Shown here one piece after another: positions 22,748 through 35,789 of a DNA stretch of 48,099 bases; position 1 is the stretch's first letter, and each line of letters starts with the position of its first letter. The stretch comes from Octopus sinensis (taxonomy: Eukaryota). The translations under genes and the position numbers were made by a program. Under the pieces are notes generated by a model. It did no database searches. It had not been told where the DNA came from and was given only the letters and a program-made list of their open reading frames with translations. Location of the stretch: the NCBI RefSeq assembly GCF_006345805.1, contig NW_021834518.1, forward strand, positions 1-48,099. The letters are read 5' to 3'.

Positions 22748-25502
22748 AAAGGGCTTAGTAAAATAAATTACTTTGCCGCATACTGAACTCATTAGAAATA
22801 GCAGCTAAAAAACTTTTTTAAGGCTATTTCTAATACTTAAGAAAATCTCTCTCATATATAGTGTTTGCATAATTTAACTCACAAAAGTTTGGGGGTAATG
22901 ACATCGAAAAATCAAATGCTAAGGTTATTCGAGAACGTACGTTTCAAGATTAGTCAAAACAACATTTCTATCATCGGCTCGGAAATTCCTTGGTTTGGAT
23001 TTGGAAACATGAAAATAAGAACATACCCTCTCGAAGATCTGCTCCCAACTAACAGTGCCAACAAATTCAAAATAAGCAAGCGAAGAATCTCTGTTCTCCC
23101 CTTTCCACCAGCGTGGGTTAAAATCATCAAACTCTATGCTTTTATTTCGGTAAAGTCAAGCATTAATCAGAGGGAGATTAATTATAATTTCAACAATTGA
23201 GGGCAAAATTAATTAATTATTAATCAATTTCACCAAGTGTTCAGTATGCAAAGGGACCATTCAACGAATTCAAATATTACATTATATAAAAGGGCTTAGT
23301 AAAATAAATTACTTTGCCGCATACTGAACTCATTAGAAATAGCAGCTAAAAAACTTTTTTAAGGCTATTTCTAATACTTAAAGAAAATCTCTCTCATATA
23401 TAGTGTTTGCATAATTTAACTCACAAAAGTTTGGGGTAATGACATCGAAAATCAAATGCTAAGGTATTCGAGAACGTACGTTTCAAGATTAGTCAAAACA
23501 ACATTTCTATCATCGGCTCGGAAATTCCTTGGTTTGGATTTGGAAACACTGAAAATAAGACATACCCTCTCGAAGATCTGCTCCCAACTAACAGTGCCAA
23601 CAAATTCAAAATAAGCAAGCGAAGAATCTCTGTTCTCCCCTTTCCACCAGCGTGGGTTAAAATCATCAAACTCTATGCTTATTTCGGTAAAGTCCGAAGC
23701 ATTAATCAGAGGGAGATTAATTATAATTTCAACAATTGAGGGCAAAATTAATCAATTTCACCAAGTGAATATATAATGTAATAATTTGAATTCGCCTTGA
23801 ATGGTCCCTTTGCATACTGAACACTTGGTGAAATTGATTAATAATTAATTAATTTTGCCCTCAATTGTTGAAATTATAATTAATCTCCCTCTGATTAATG
23901 CTTCGGACTTTACCGAAATAAGCATAGAGTTTGATGATTTTAACCACGCTGGTGGAAAGGGGAGAACAGAGATTCTTCGCTTGCTTATTTTGAATTTGTT
24001 GGCACTGTTAGTTGGGAGCAGATCTTCGAGAGGGTATGTTCTTATTTTCAGTGTTTCCAAATCCAAACCAAGGAATTTCCGAGCCGATGATAGAAATGTT
24101 GTTTTGACTAATCTTGAAACGTACGTTCTCGAATAACCTTAGCATTTGATTTTTCGATGTCATTACCCCCAACTTTTGTGAGTTAAATTATGCAAACACT
24201 ATATATGAGAGAGATTTTCTTTAAGTATTAGAAATAGCCTTAAAAAAGTTTTTTAGCTGCTATTTCTAATGAGTTCAGTATGCGGCAAAGTAATTTATTT
24301 TACTAAGCCCTTTTATATAATGTAATAATTTGAATTCGCCTGAATGGTCCCTTTGCATACTGAACACTTGGTGAAATTGATTAATAATTAATTAATTTTG
24401 CCCTCAATTGTTGAAATTATAATTAATCTCCCTCTGATTAATGCTTCGGACTTTACCGAAATAAGCATAGAGTTTGATGATTTTAACCCACGCTGGTGGA
24501 AAGGGGAGAACAGAGATTCTTCGCTTGCTTATTTTGAATTTGTTGGCACTGTTAGTTGGGAGCAGATCTTCGAGAGGGTATGTTCTTATTTTCAGTGTTT
24601 CCAAATCCAAACCAAGGAATTTCCGAGCCGATGATAGAAATGTTGTTTTGACTAATCTTGAAACGTACGTTCTCGAATACCTTAGCATTTGATTTTTCGA
24701 TGTCATTACCCCCCAAACTTTTGTGAGTTAAATTATGCAAACACTATATATGAGAGAGATTTTCTTTAAGTATTAGAAATAGCCTTAAAAAAGTTTTTTA
24801 GCTGCTATTTCTAATGAGTTCAGTATGCGGCAAAGTAATTTATTTTACTAAGCCCTTTTATATAATGTAATAATTTGAATTCGCCTTGAATGGTCCCTTT
24901 GCATACTGAACACTTGGTGAAATTGATTAATAATTAATTAATTTGCCCTCAATTGTTGAAATTATAATTAATCTCCCTCTGATTAATGCTTCGGACTTTA
25001 CCGAAATAAGCATAGAGTTTGATGATTTTAACCCACGCTGGTGGAAAGGGGAGAACAGAGATTCTTCGCTTGCTATTTTGAATTTGTTGGCACTGTTAGT
25101 TGGGAGCAGATCTTCGAGAGGGTATGTTCTTATTTTCAGTGTTTCCAAATCCAAACCAAGGAATTTCCGAGCCGATGATAGAAATGTTGTTTTGACTAAT
25201 CTTGAAACGTACGTTCTCGAATAACCTTAGCATTTGATTTTTCGATGTCATTACCCCAAACTTTTGTGAGTTAAATTATGCAAACACTATATATGAGAGA
25301 GATTTTCTTTAAGTATTAGAAATAGCCTTAAAAAAGTTTTTTAGCTGCTATTTCTAATGAGTTCAGTATGCGGCAAAGTAATTTATTTTACTAAGCCCTT
25401 TTATATAATGTAATAATTTGAATTCGCCTTGAATGGTCCCTTTGCATACTGAACACTTGGTGAAATTGATTAATAATTAATTAATTTTGCCCTCAATTGT
25501 TG

Positions 25503-25510
<8 letters not shown>
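22741..25510. repeat. Array of a ~543-bp unit: about 2 forward copies, then 3 reverse copies and a partial copy, flanked by (TA)n
   Basis: ttatataaaagggc at 22741 and 23282; tatataatgta at 23770, 24314, 24859 and 25402. Confidence 0.97.
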
Positions 25511-25533
<23 letters not shown>

Positions 25534-25719
25534 GAATGTATATGCACATATGTATATATGTGTATGTGTATGTGTGTATGTGTAGATAGATAGATAAATA
25601 AATAAATAAATAGATAGATAGATAGCTGTATATACATGTATGAGTAAGTATATGTATCTATATCATATATAAACTTATATATGTGTGTGCGTGTGTAATA
25701 TACATATTTTTCTTTTGCT

Positions 25720-26400
25720 TGCTTTAATCAGTAGGCTGCGGCCATGCTGTAACGCCTCCTTTAAGAATTTTAATCGATAAATCAACCTTAGTACTTATAT
25801 TTTTAAGTTAAAGGGTGTTAGCACACAAGCACCGGTTGTCAAGCAGTGGTGAGGGACAAACGCACACAAAGACACACACACACATATATGTACGTATATA
25901 TGTGTGTGTGTGTACGTTTATATATATATATATATATATAAATGGGACAAGAACCCAAAACATCCAGACAGACGATACAAAGAAAACGAGCACGGGTCAT
26001 TCGGAGTTTTATTTCCTCATTCGAGTTCCAGATTATCTTAGCAATTTCGGCTGGTTATACTCGAGATTACTCCTATCTGGCCAGCCCCAAGGAAAAGCTA
26101 AGCTTAAAGCATTAGATTCCTTCGAAGAAAGCAGCGAATGTATACGAAAACAAGGACGGGAGGAAGAAAACAGAGAAATGTTACACAAATACAAATGCAA
26201 ATAACAGGACATAACAACAGGTGTCTTTCGACTAAGGACGAATTACAAATTAAGCTGGCGTGTGTGGAAATAAAGCTTTATGCAACGGGTTTCTTTTAGT
26301 TTCCATTAACTAAATCTACTCACAATGCTTTGGTTGGTCCGAAGCTATAGTATAGAATACACTTTCCAAAGTGCCACGCAGTCGAATTGAACCCCGAACT
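25720..26400 (-). mobile_element. SINE family B copy interrupted by a ~335-bp insertion (25945-26280) in its internal microsatellite
   Basis: Tail at 25720-25870, (TA)n to 25940, foreign segment, then core and head at 26285-26400. Confidence 0.7.
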
Positions 26401-26692
26401 ACGCAGTCAGGTAGACAGATAGGTAAATACATAGAATGATAGACAGAGAGGCAGGTAGAGAGACAGACTGACAGACAGACTGACAGACAGACAGATAGAT
26501 AGATAAGATAGATAAATAGATAGATAGAAAGATAGATAGATAGATAGATAGGCAAGCAGAGAGGCAGACTGACAGGCAGACAGACAGACAATATATATAA
26601 TATATATATAGATAGATAGATAGATACATACATACATACATACATATATAGATAGATATAATATATATGTACTTACATGCATATATAGATAG

Positions 26693-26723
<31 letters not shown>

Positions 26724-26741
26724 TATACACATATATATTTA

Positions 26742-26774
<33 letters not shown>

Positions 26775-26983
26775 TATATAATATAATAATATACATATAT
26801 ATATATGCATATATATGTGTGTGTATGTATGTATACACACACATACACATCTACATTGAAATATATACAGATACAAAATGGCATATATGTAGGTGCTGAA
26901 ACGTGTAGAAAAGCGAGTTGTCAGTATGCCAATGTCCTGCGGCTTTCGACAACCACACTATATATACACTCATAAATACATGT

Positions 26984-27022
<39 letters not shown>

Positions 27023-27045
27023 TATATATATATATATATAAATAT

Positions 27046-27097
<52 letters not shown>

Positions 27098-27381
27098 CAT
27101 ATATACACATATATATATGTATGTATAAATATCTATAAGTATATATATGTGTGGGCGTGTGTAATACCTACAGATATATGTATATATTTATATGTGCATA
27201 TAGAACACACATAATTATAGATATATATACATGTATATATATATATTATATATACATACAGTCACGTGTGTGTGTGCGTGTGTCTGACTGAATGTGTGTG
27301 CATGTAGACAAATACGGACCTTATACCAACATATATATATGTGTATGTGGGTGTACATAAATATAATATATATATATATAT

Positions 27382-27418
<37 letters not shown>

Positions 27419-27598
27419 CTGATAGGTAGATGCATACATACATGCAAACATACATACATGCATTGATTCATACATACACACAGAGAAACGTACGTGTGTT
27501 TATATGTATATAAAATATGCGCTTGCATGTATTTGAGTATATACACATTTTATATAAATTACACACACACAGACAAACCGATGTAGGTATGTACGTAC

Positions 27599-27650
<52 letters not shown>

Positions 27651-27720
27651 GTATATATATATATATATATATAAATGTATGTATGTATACAATATATATA
27701 TATACAAATGTGTTTGGGCA
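26400..27720. repeat. Mixed (GATA)/(TA)/(CA) microsatellite region
   Basis: Direct reading. Confidence 0.9.
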
Positions 27721-28688
27721 AAATCTCACGCACACGTACATACATTGAAACTACGAGAGATGTATGATCAGGGCCAATAAGTGAGAGAGAGAGAGAGAGA
27801 CAGAGAGACAGAGAGAGAGAAAGAGAGAGAAAGGCAGACAGGCAGACAATACTATATTACATGTTTATCGTGAAAGCTTCACGAAAGCAGAGAAAGAGAG
27901 AGAGTAAGGGGGGAAGGAGAAAAAGAGGGAAAGAAACAAAAAAAAAACAGACAGAAAGAGAGAAGGGGGGAAAGAAAAAGAGATATATATAGAGAGAGAG
28001 AGGGATAAAGTTAGATATAGCAGGAGGGAGAGGACGCTATAGTATGAGAGAGGGAGAGAGAGATGAATGACGTCATTTCTTCGTCTGTCGGCTGCATCCA
28101 AAACATACAAGAAAACGTCCACCATAACTCGATATAAAACCCAACTATTTCCTCAACATGTCGCTCTCAGTATTCTACTCGTTTAACTAATTCTATCGCT
28201 GTTTTCTTTCGATATTTATGTATTTCTAAATGTTTTTCATACAATTTCTTCCTCCATTCTTTCTTCCTCTCGTTGTGGTTCGCGTTTCTATTTTTATAAG
28301 AAGAGTGGATTTGTGGGGGGTGGGGGTGGAGGTGTTTGTGCGTGTATGTGTGTGATTGCATGTGTTTGTTTATAGATGTTTATATGTGTGCGTGTGTGTG
28401 TGTATGTATATTATATTTGTGAGTGTGTGTGTGTGTGTATATATACATATATATAAGATAAAATTTACTTGGAAGAGGATGCGTGGCGTTCAGTCATATA
28501 ATAATATAATTAATATGTATATTTATATATACATATACATATATATATATATATATATATTATTTGCACGCGCGCGTGTAATTATGTGTGTATACATGTA
28601 TGCATGCATGTATGTATGCGTGTATGTATGTAATGTTTGCATGTATTTGTGCGTTTACAAGTGAGAGTGTGTACATTATAGATAGATA

Positions 28689-28739
<51 letters not shown>

Positions 28740-28872
28740 ATATATATATATATAAATAGAGAGAGAGAGATACATAGATAGATCACACACATACGTGTAT
28801 ATGTAAGTAGGTGTCTGTATACCTGCATGTGTACATCTATGTATGCGCCTGTCCGTGTGTTCGCGTCTATGA

Positions 28873-28904
<32 letters not shown>

Positions 28905-29699
28905 TCGTGCGCTTTATTATTTGAAACATTTTCAGACTTCAATCATCCTGGGACTATAGCTCTAAATCTCTCAAAAGATTATGCTGAAACCATTTGTTGG
29001 TGGTTCTTTTAATCACTGCTTTCTGGGCCGAAAAGCACTTCAAAAGGTCGTCCTCTATGCGTTTGAACCCAGCGTTACTTAACACCGTGATAGTCCGCCG
29101 ACCGATACCAGTCCGCGTGCCATCAGCTGTCGCTACGCGGCGAGTTTCCAGAAAAGTGAGAAACATTATAAAATGCTTATGTAATATTGTATTATTTGTT
29201 TATAAAATAAACATAAGATAAAAAAAGTTGTCAACTTTTATTATATTCATTATAAATATATTGTCTCCGGTATAAATTAATATTACTAAGAAATATTACC
29301 GGTCCCTGGCAAACTGGAAAAAAATATCGGTACACCACATTTCACAGTTTGAGAAGCAATGACTTAATATCAAAATAATCTTCTGATTATGCTTATATGC
29401 AGACATATATACCTACACACACACACACCCATACATGCACACACAGACACACACAAACATACACGCACGTATATATTCATATGTATGTGTGCATATACAG
29501 ATATAGATACGTTCATACTCTACACAAATATATATTTACATGCACATATACCAATGACTATGTGTATGTGTGTGTATGCATACATTCATACATACATGCA
29601 CACATATACATCCATATACATACCCATGCGTACGAACATACATAGATACAAGAACATATACATGCATTCTTATATAAATAGATAAATGCATACATAAAT

Positions 29700-30797
29700 A
29701 CATATATCTATATATACATGCATACATACACACATACACACATAGACGCTCTTGCATACATAACTACATACATACGCACACATACATACATGCATACATA
29801 AACACAGTCATATATACATGCATACATACATACATACATACATACATACATACATACATACATACACACACACGCATTCACATGTATGCATACATATGCA
29901 CACATGCATACATACATGCATATACACACATACATATATACATTCAAACATACACACACACATACACATATACATTCATGCATAAGTACATACATGCATA
30001 CATGCATGCATACACACACACACGCATATATACACACGCACTTATACATACATATACATACATACATACATACAAACATACACACATACATACATACATA
30101 CATACATACATACACACACATACATACACGCATATACATAGATACATACATACATACATACAAACATACACACACACATACATACATACATACATACATA
30201 CATACATACATACATACATACGTACATACATACATACATACATGCATATATACATACATACATACATACATACACACATACATACATACACACATACATA
30301 CATTCATACATACATACATGCATACATATATACATACATACATACATACACACACACATACATACATACACACATACATACATACATACATACACCCACC
30401 TACATACATACATACATACGTACATAACACACATACATACATACATACTACATACATATACATACGTACATACATACATACATACATGCATATATACATA
30501 CATACATACATACATACACACATACATACATACATACATACATACGTACATACATACATACAAACATACATACATACATACATACATACATACATACATA
30601 CACACATACATACATACATGCATACATACACACGCACGCATATACATAGATACATACATACATACACACACACATACATACATACATACATACATACATA
30701 CATACATACATACATACACACATACATACATTCATACATACATACATGCATATATACATACATACATACATACATACACACACACATACATACATAC

Positions 30798-30830
<33 letters not shown>

Positions 30831-30950
30831 TACATACATACATACATACGTACATACACACATACATACATACATACATACATACATGCATACATACATA
30901 CATGCATACATACATACATGCATACATACATATATACATACATACACACA
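29700..30950. repeat. Long degenerate (CATA)n array
   Basis: Direct reading; source of the 413-aa and 368-aa ORFs. Confidence 0.97.
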
Positions 30951-31287
30951 CGGCAACAAGCGACGAAGCTAAAAACGAATGGCGGAATGTAAACAGATCA
31001 TCTGAGTTTCAACTATGAAAATAGACAAGAATCCTACTTTCACGAAAAACTGTGCTACACATCAACGCCAGGTTATTGTTGTTCTTTACACCCACCCCAC
31101 CCCCACCCCTACCCCCACCCCCACCTCACCCCAGCGCCACCACTCCTGCACCAACCCACCCATCCTCACGCGCGCACACGCATACATATACACCCGCGTG
31201 TAAACGTGTATACCTTTTTCATAAATACGAGTGTAATTATAGATATAGGCATATACATACAAATGTATGCGTGCGTGTGTATATATT

Positions 31288-31347
<60 letters not shown>

Positions 31348-31689
31348 TGTGTGTGTGTTCTATGCACCCACATTCTGCCATACACACCTTGTGTAAGTAA
31401 GTTTTCAGTCTCGAAATACACCTGGCGGAATGCAGAAGAAATCTCGTCAGTTTATTTTTACGTTTTTCCTCATTTCGGTGATTATGAACATTTATGCAAT
31501 TTTAATATGGACACACACACACACACAAACACACATACATACCCACACACATACACATACAGAAGCACATACACATACACAAGCAAATATGTGTGTGTAT
31601 GTATATGGAGAGAGAGAGAGGGAGACAGACAGAGAGAGAAAGACAGAGACAGAGCAAGAGAGAGAGAGAGAGATTCACTCAGCATAATG

Positions 31690-31900
31690 TTACTGATGAT
31701 GATGATAATGATGACAATGATGATGATGATGGTGGTGGTGGTGGTGGTGGTGGTGGTGGTGGTGGTGGTGGTGATTTCCTAATACTAATGCTAAAAAAGA
31801 AGAAGCAGAAAAAGAAGAAGAAGAAGAAAAGAAGAAGAAGAAGAAGAAGAAGAAGAAGAAGAAGAAGAAGAAGAAGAATGACAATAATAATAATAATTTT
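31690..31900. repeat. Compound (GAT)n(GGT)n(GAA)n(AAT)n trinucleotide repeat
   Basis: Direct reading. Confidence 0.95.
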
Positions 31901-32444
31901 CACCTAGCAATAACCACGCCTCGGATAACCCTCATTGGCTATGGTACCGCCTCATTTTCCTCGGTTTGGTCTACGTCAGTAAAGTAAGAATGTATTCTTC
32001 GAATGTGAAACATGATCAGAGTCAGAGAATTTATAAGGAAAAAAATCAACAAACAAGACTGTCCACGAAATTTACTGTGAATAATAAATTTTCTCACTTC
32101 ACAGACAAGATTTTCTTTGCGTTATGAAGTCTTGTGAAGCAGACTAATCTCATAAATGACTGAATATTCTTCGTGACGTAGTCCTCAGAGAGAATCAGCG
32201 TGACACGTTGTGACGAGGCTGGACCCTTTGTATTACAGATACAGTCTATCCACCCGGCTGGATTCTGTACAGGTTCCGTCCACCCGTTTTCACTCACAAG
32301 GTACGGGGTGACCTGTGGCTATAAGAAATTATACTCTGCCGAACTCTTTATCCGCCAAGCTTAGGACCGGAAGTGTCTCTGATTTATGGACGTGTCCCAT
32401 TTTTCTGGAGTCTAGATTTATATTTAAAATTTTAAAATAATTAC

Positions 32445-32690
32445 TCATTTACTTGTTTCAGTCATTTGACTGCGGCCATGCTGGAGCACCGCCTTTAGTC
32501 GAGCAAACCGACCCTGGGACTTATTCTTTGTAAGCCCAGTACTTATTCTATCGGTCTCTTTTGCCGAACCGCTAAGTGACGGGGACATAAACACACCAGC
32601 ATCGGTTGTCAAGCAATGCTAGGGGGACAAACACAGACACACAAACATATACACACACATACATATATACGACAGGCTATTTTCAGTTTC
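32445..32690 (-). mobile_element. SINE family B tail and part of the core
   Basis: Near-identical to the reverse complement of 19260-19450. Confidence 0.9.
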
Positions 32691-33329
32691 TGTCAAATAA
32701 ACTAATGAAAAGTACAGAACTAAATTGTATTTAACAGACCCAAATGAATACACATTTAAAACGGTGTTTTTGGTATTTATTAATCCACTTAAAATTCTTA
32801 AAATATATCAGACTGTACCATTTATACAGTTTAGTATTTATCGGATAAAAGTTGAACGAAGAAAAATTATTTGAAAGAACCTAATTTTAAAAGAATCTGG
32901 TTGCTAAAATATACCATATGACACCATACCTGCAGCATAATATTTATAAGATGAAAATTAAACGATAAAAAGTAAAGAATATGACTTTATTTAACAGATA
33001 CAGGTACAAATTAATCATTCCATTAGAAAAAATAGATTCCAAAATAATTTTTTAAGACACCCTATGCTTCAAAATTAACCAGCTTCAAAATCAACGAGTA
33101 CAAAATATTGCATGATATTGCAGCATTTCGAGATTTCTAAAAGCTGGATTCGGCCCGGTACAGTATCTACGCAACATATCATGCAGCGAAACCGAAACCA
33201 GTTCGTAATGAATAGGATGTAAACTCCATAACCAACTGGCCATGCTCCTCCCCCGAATCCGAATTAATAAATCATCTGATTTAATACCATCACCGTTATT
33301 TGGTTCTTGGTATGCAACTATGTCATAGT

Positions 33330-33615
33330 TTCATACTATCAGATTTCCAAAACTCTTAGGCATTTAAATCTATCATGTACATAAATCTCCCGTAACCTCT
33401 CCTTCATCAGTAGATATATTCCTTCAATTTCATGGCATTTCCCTTTCTTCATTGCAAAGATTCCTCACTTGGGAATACCAAATTCCATTCTGGTGTCACT
33501 GCTGAAAGCCCTCGCTTTACAGGCAAGTATATCCAATTTATCTCTACGTCTTGCTACATATATTTAGGTCAGCCATGAAAAGCAAATGGTTAATTTTGGT
33601 TCGGGTTTTCTAAGC
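33330..33615 (-). mobile_element. Degenerate RLE-type (R4/Dong-like) RT fragment
   Basis: INHLLFMADL...FSSDTRMEFGIPK*GIFAMKKGK resembles the HLLFMDDLK...FS.DI.MEFG..KC motifs. Confidence 0.65.
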
Positions 33616-33759
33616 TTTATCCAGCTTTAACTTTCCTCACTCCGATCATTGCTTTTCATTTTGACGGGGGCGATAAAATAAGCACCAGTTATGCACTGGT
33701 TGATGTAATTGACACGTACTCTCTTCCAAAATTGCTGCCATTGTGGAAAAATTTGAAAA

Positions 33760-33762
<3 letters not shown>

Positions 33763-33814
<52 letters not shown>

Positions 33815-34320
33815 GAGTGAGAGAACTGCGCATGCTATCAATATGAGACAGGGGTACAAACATACGAAGACCAGTATACCCATCATGACTACCCGTCTGA
33901 TAAGGGTATACCAGGCACATGCATCACAACCATATGTGCGCGACATGGTTAACTTATATCAAGATAAACAGCGCAAGACCTTGCAAGTAGGGCCCACTTA
34001 GAATTCTCTTCAGGTTGATTAGCTCATCTTGTTCAAAATGTCCCTGAATAATGTATGTTTAAAGATGATGAACACAACACCCATATTTCTAGAAGTGAAT
34101 TATTCAAACCTCAAAGAATTCCCCACAACACACTACTTCTGTCCGTAATCAGTGATGCACATGTCAGCCACTAAGGGACATGCTCAATTGGTTATGGTCA
34201 AACAACTGACTAGTAAACCTGTGGTAGTGAGCAGAATATTTGCTGTAGCCCATCTTTTATACCAAGACAAAACAATGTACATGACAGCACTTCCAATCAG
34301 TTGAGACCAATCGGTGACGA
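33763..34320 (-). mobile_element. Probable 3' end of a non-LTR element with a (TAA)n tail
   Basis: (TTA)n at 33763-33813 abutting a non-microsatellite body; family assignment from recollection only. Confidence 0.3.
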
Positions 34321-34378
34321 TCCAATCAGTTATGTTATTATTATAATAATAACAACAATAACAATAATAATAATAATT

Positions 34379-34407
<29 letters not shown>

Positions 34408-34409
<2 letters not shown>

Positions 34410-34775
34410 AGGTAGTGAGCTGGTTGAATCGTTAGCAAGCCGTGTAAAATGCTTAGCAGCATTTCGTCCGTCTTTACATTTCTGATTTCAAATTCCGCCG
34501 AGATCGTCTTTGCTTTTTATCCTCTCGGGGTCAATAAAATAAGTACCAGTGAAACACTGGGGTCCATGTAATCGACTAGTCTTCTCCTCCTACTTTCTAG
34601 CCCTTAGCAGAAAGGATTTTTTTTAAGGCAGTGTGGTGGCAGAATCATTGGCACGCCGGGCAAAATGCTTAGCGGTATTTCGTCCGTCTTTACGTTCTGA
34701 GTTCAAATTCCGCCGAAGCTGGTTTTACCTTTCATCTTATCAGGGTCAATAAAAATAAATACTAGTCGAGCACTG
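34408..34775 (+). mobile_element. Two adjacent SINE family A copies
   Basis: Heads at about 34408 and 34625 with caaattccgccga and aagtaccagt/aatactagt. Confidence 0.85.
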
Positions 34776-34799
34776 TCGATGATAGTTTGGCCGAGGAAA

Positions 34800-35335
34800 A
34801 AGGTTTATTCTCTCAATCTTTTCGGCCTCGTCCACCACCCAAACACTTTCACCATAGCCATTAGACAAAAGAGCATCGCCTGCCCTACCTTGTTAGTGGT
34901 GGGTGGTGGAGGAGATCCTCACGGTGGACTCAACCCATGGTCTGATTCGTTTCATACTCCTCAAGTCAACAATACTCGGACACTGCACGAGTGCATGCCG
35001 AAAGGTTTCGTCACTGCTCCTCAGTAGCACTGCCAGACCAAGGATTTCTGAAAGTTATCCATAGTAGTACCTGGTCCGAAAGTCCTCTGAAGCAGACCAA
35101 CAAGTTCATCTTCGTCGACGCCGATAGTTTTCTTGAGAACGTATTTGCTCTTACCTACCGCTAGATTTTTATATATCGCTACCGATCGCATTGTCTGCTC
35201 AACCGAGAAGAGCGCCTGATGAGATTCCGGATGTCAGGAATCTTGCTTTAATCTCGACCCAAGATTGCATCTCTGTCAAAGAGACGAGCAGCGGAAAGGC
35301 GTACCATACAAACGGAGACCACACCGACTCACCAT
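34800..35335 (-). mobile_element. Diverged Tx1-like LINE ORF2 fragment
   Basis: ESVWSPFVWYAFPLLVSLTEMQSWVE matches EQVWSPFVRHAFPQLVSMTELQSWIK of the 15307-17603 element; gtagcactgccagaccaaggat is also shared. Confidence 0.8.
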
Positions 35336-35419
35336 TTAGGAGAATCTGTTAGTGATGTAGTCGGGACATTAGTCGGTGCATTAGCAGCCAATAGTTTAGT
35401 CTAATAGAGGCACAGAAAT

Positions 35420-35620
35420 AAGGCGGCGAGCTGGTGGAATTGTTAACGCGGCAAGCAAAATTCTTAGCGACATTTCGTCCATCTTCATAATCTGAGTTCA
35501 AATTCCGTTGAGATCGACTTTACCTTTCATCCTTTCGCGGCAGTCGAGAAAATAAGTACCAGTTAAACACCGGGTTCAATGTAATGGACTAACAAACTCC
35601 AACGAACTTGCTGGCTTTGT
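35420..35620 (+). mobile_element. SINE family A copy
   Basis: aaggcggcgagctgg...gagttcaaattcc...aataagtaccagt. Confidence 0.85.
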
Positions 35621-35789
35621 GTCAAAATCTGAAACCGACATAGGCACAAAGTCAGTAATGTTGAAGGAAAATAATGAGGAGTATATGATTTTATTTGCCA
35701 CAGGGGCATCAGATGAAGAAGACATTCATTTACAAGGACAGTTTACAGTTAGTGTGATTGTTTACGTCAACAACATGAGGGACTGCTGC

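Noticed and set aside
23260-23295. TOPO vector junction (AAGGGCGAATTC-like) in the 543-bp unit
   Set aside because: Imperfect match (CAAGGCGAATTC in the reverse copies) with no further vector sequence; a UniVec screen is still advisable
35215-35245. CTGATGA followed by a GATTCC/GGAATC hairpin
   Set aside because: Not followed by GAAA, and it lies within the antisense strand of a Tx1 ORF fragment
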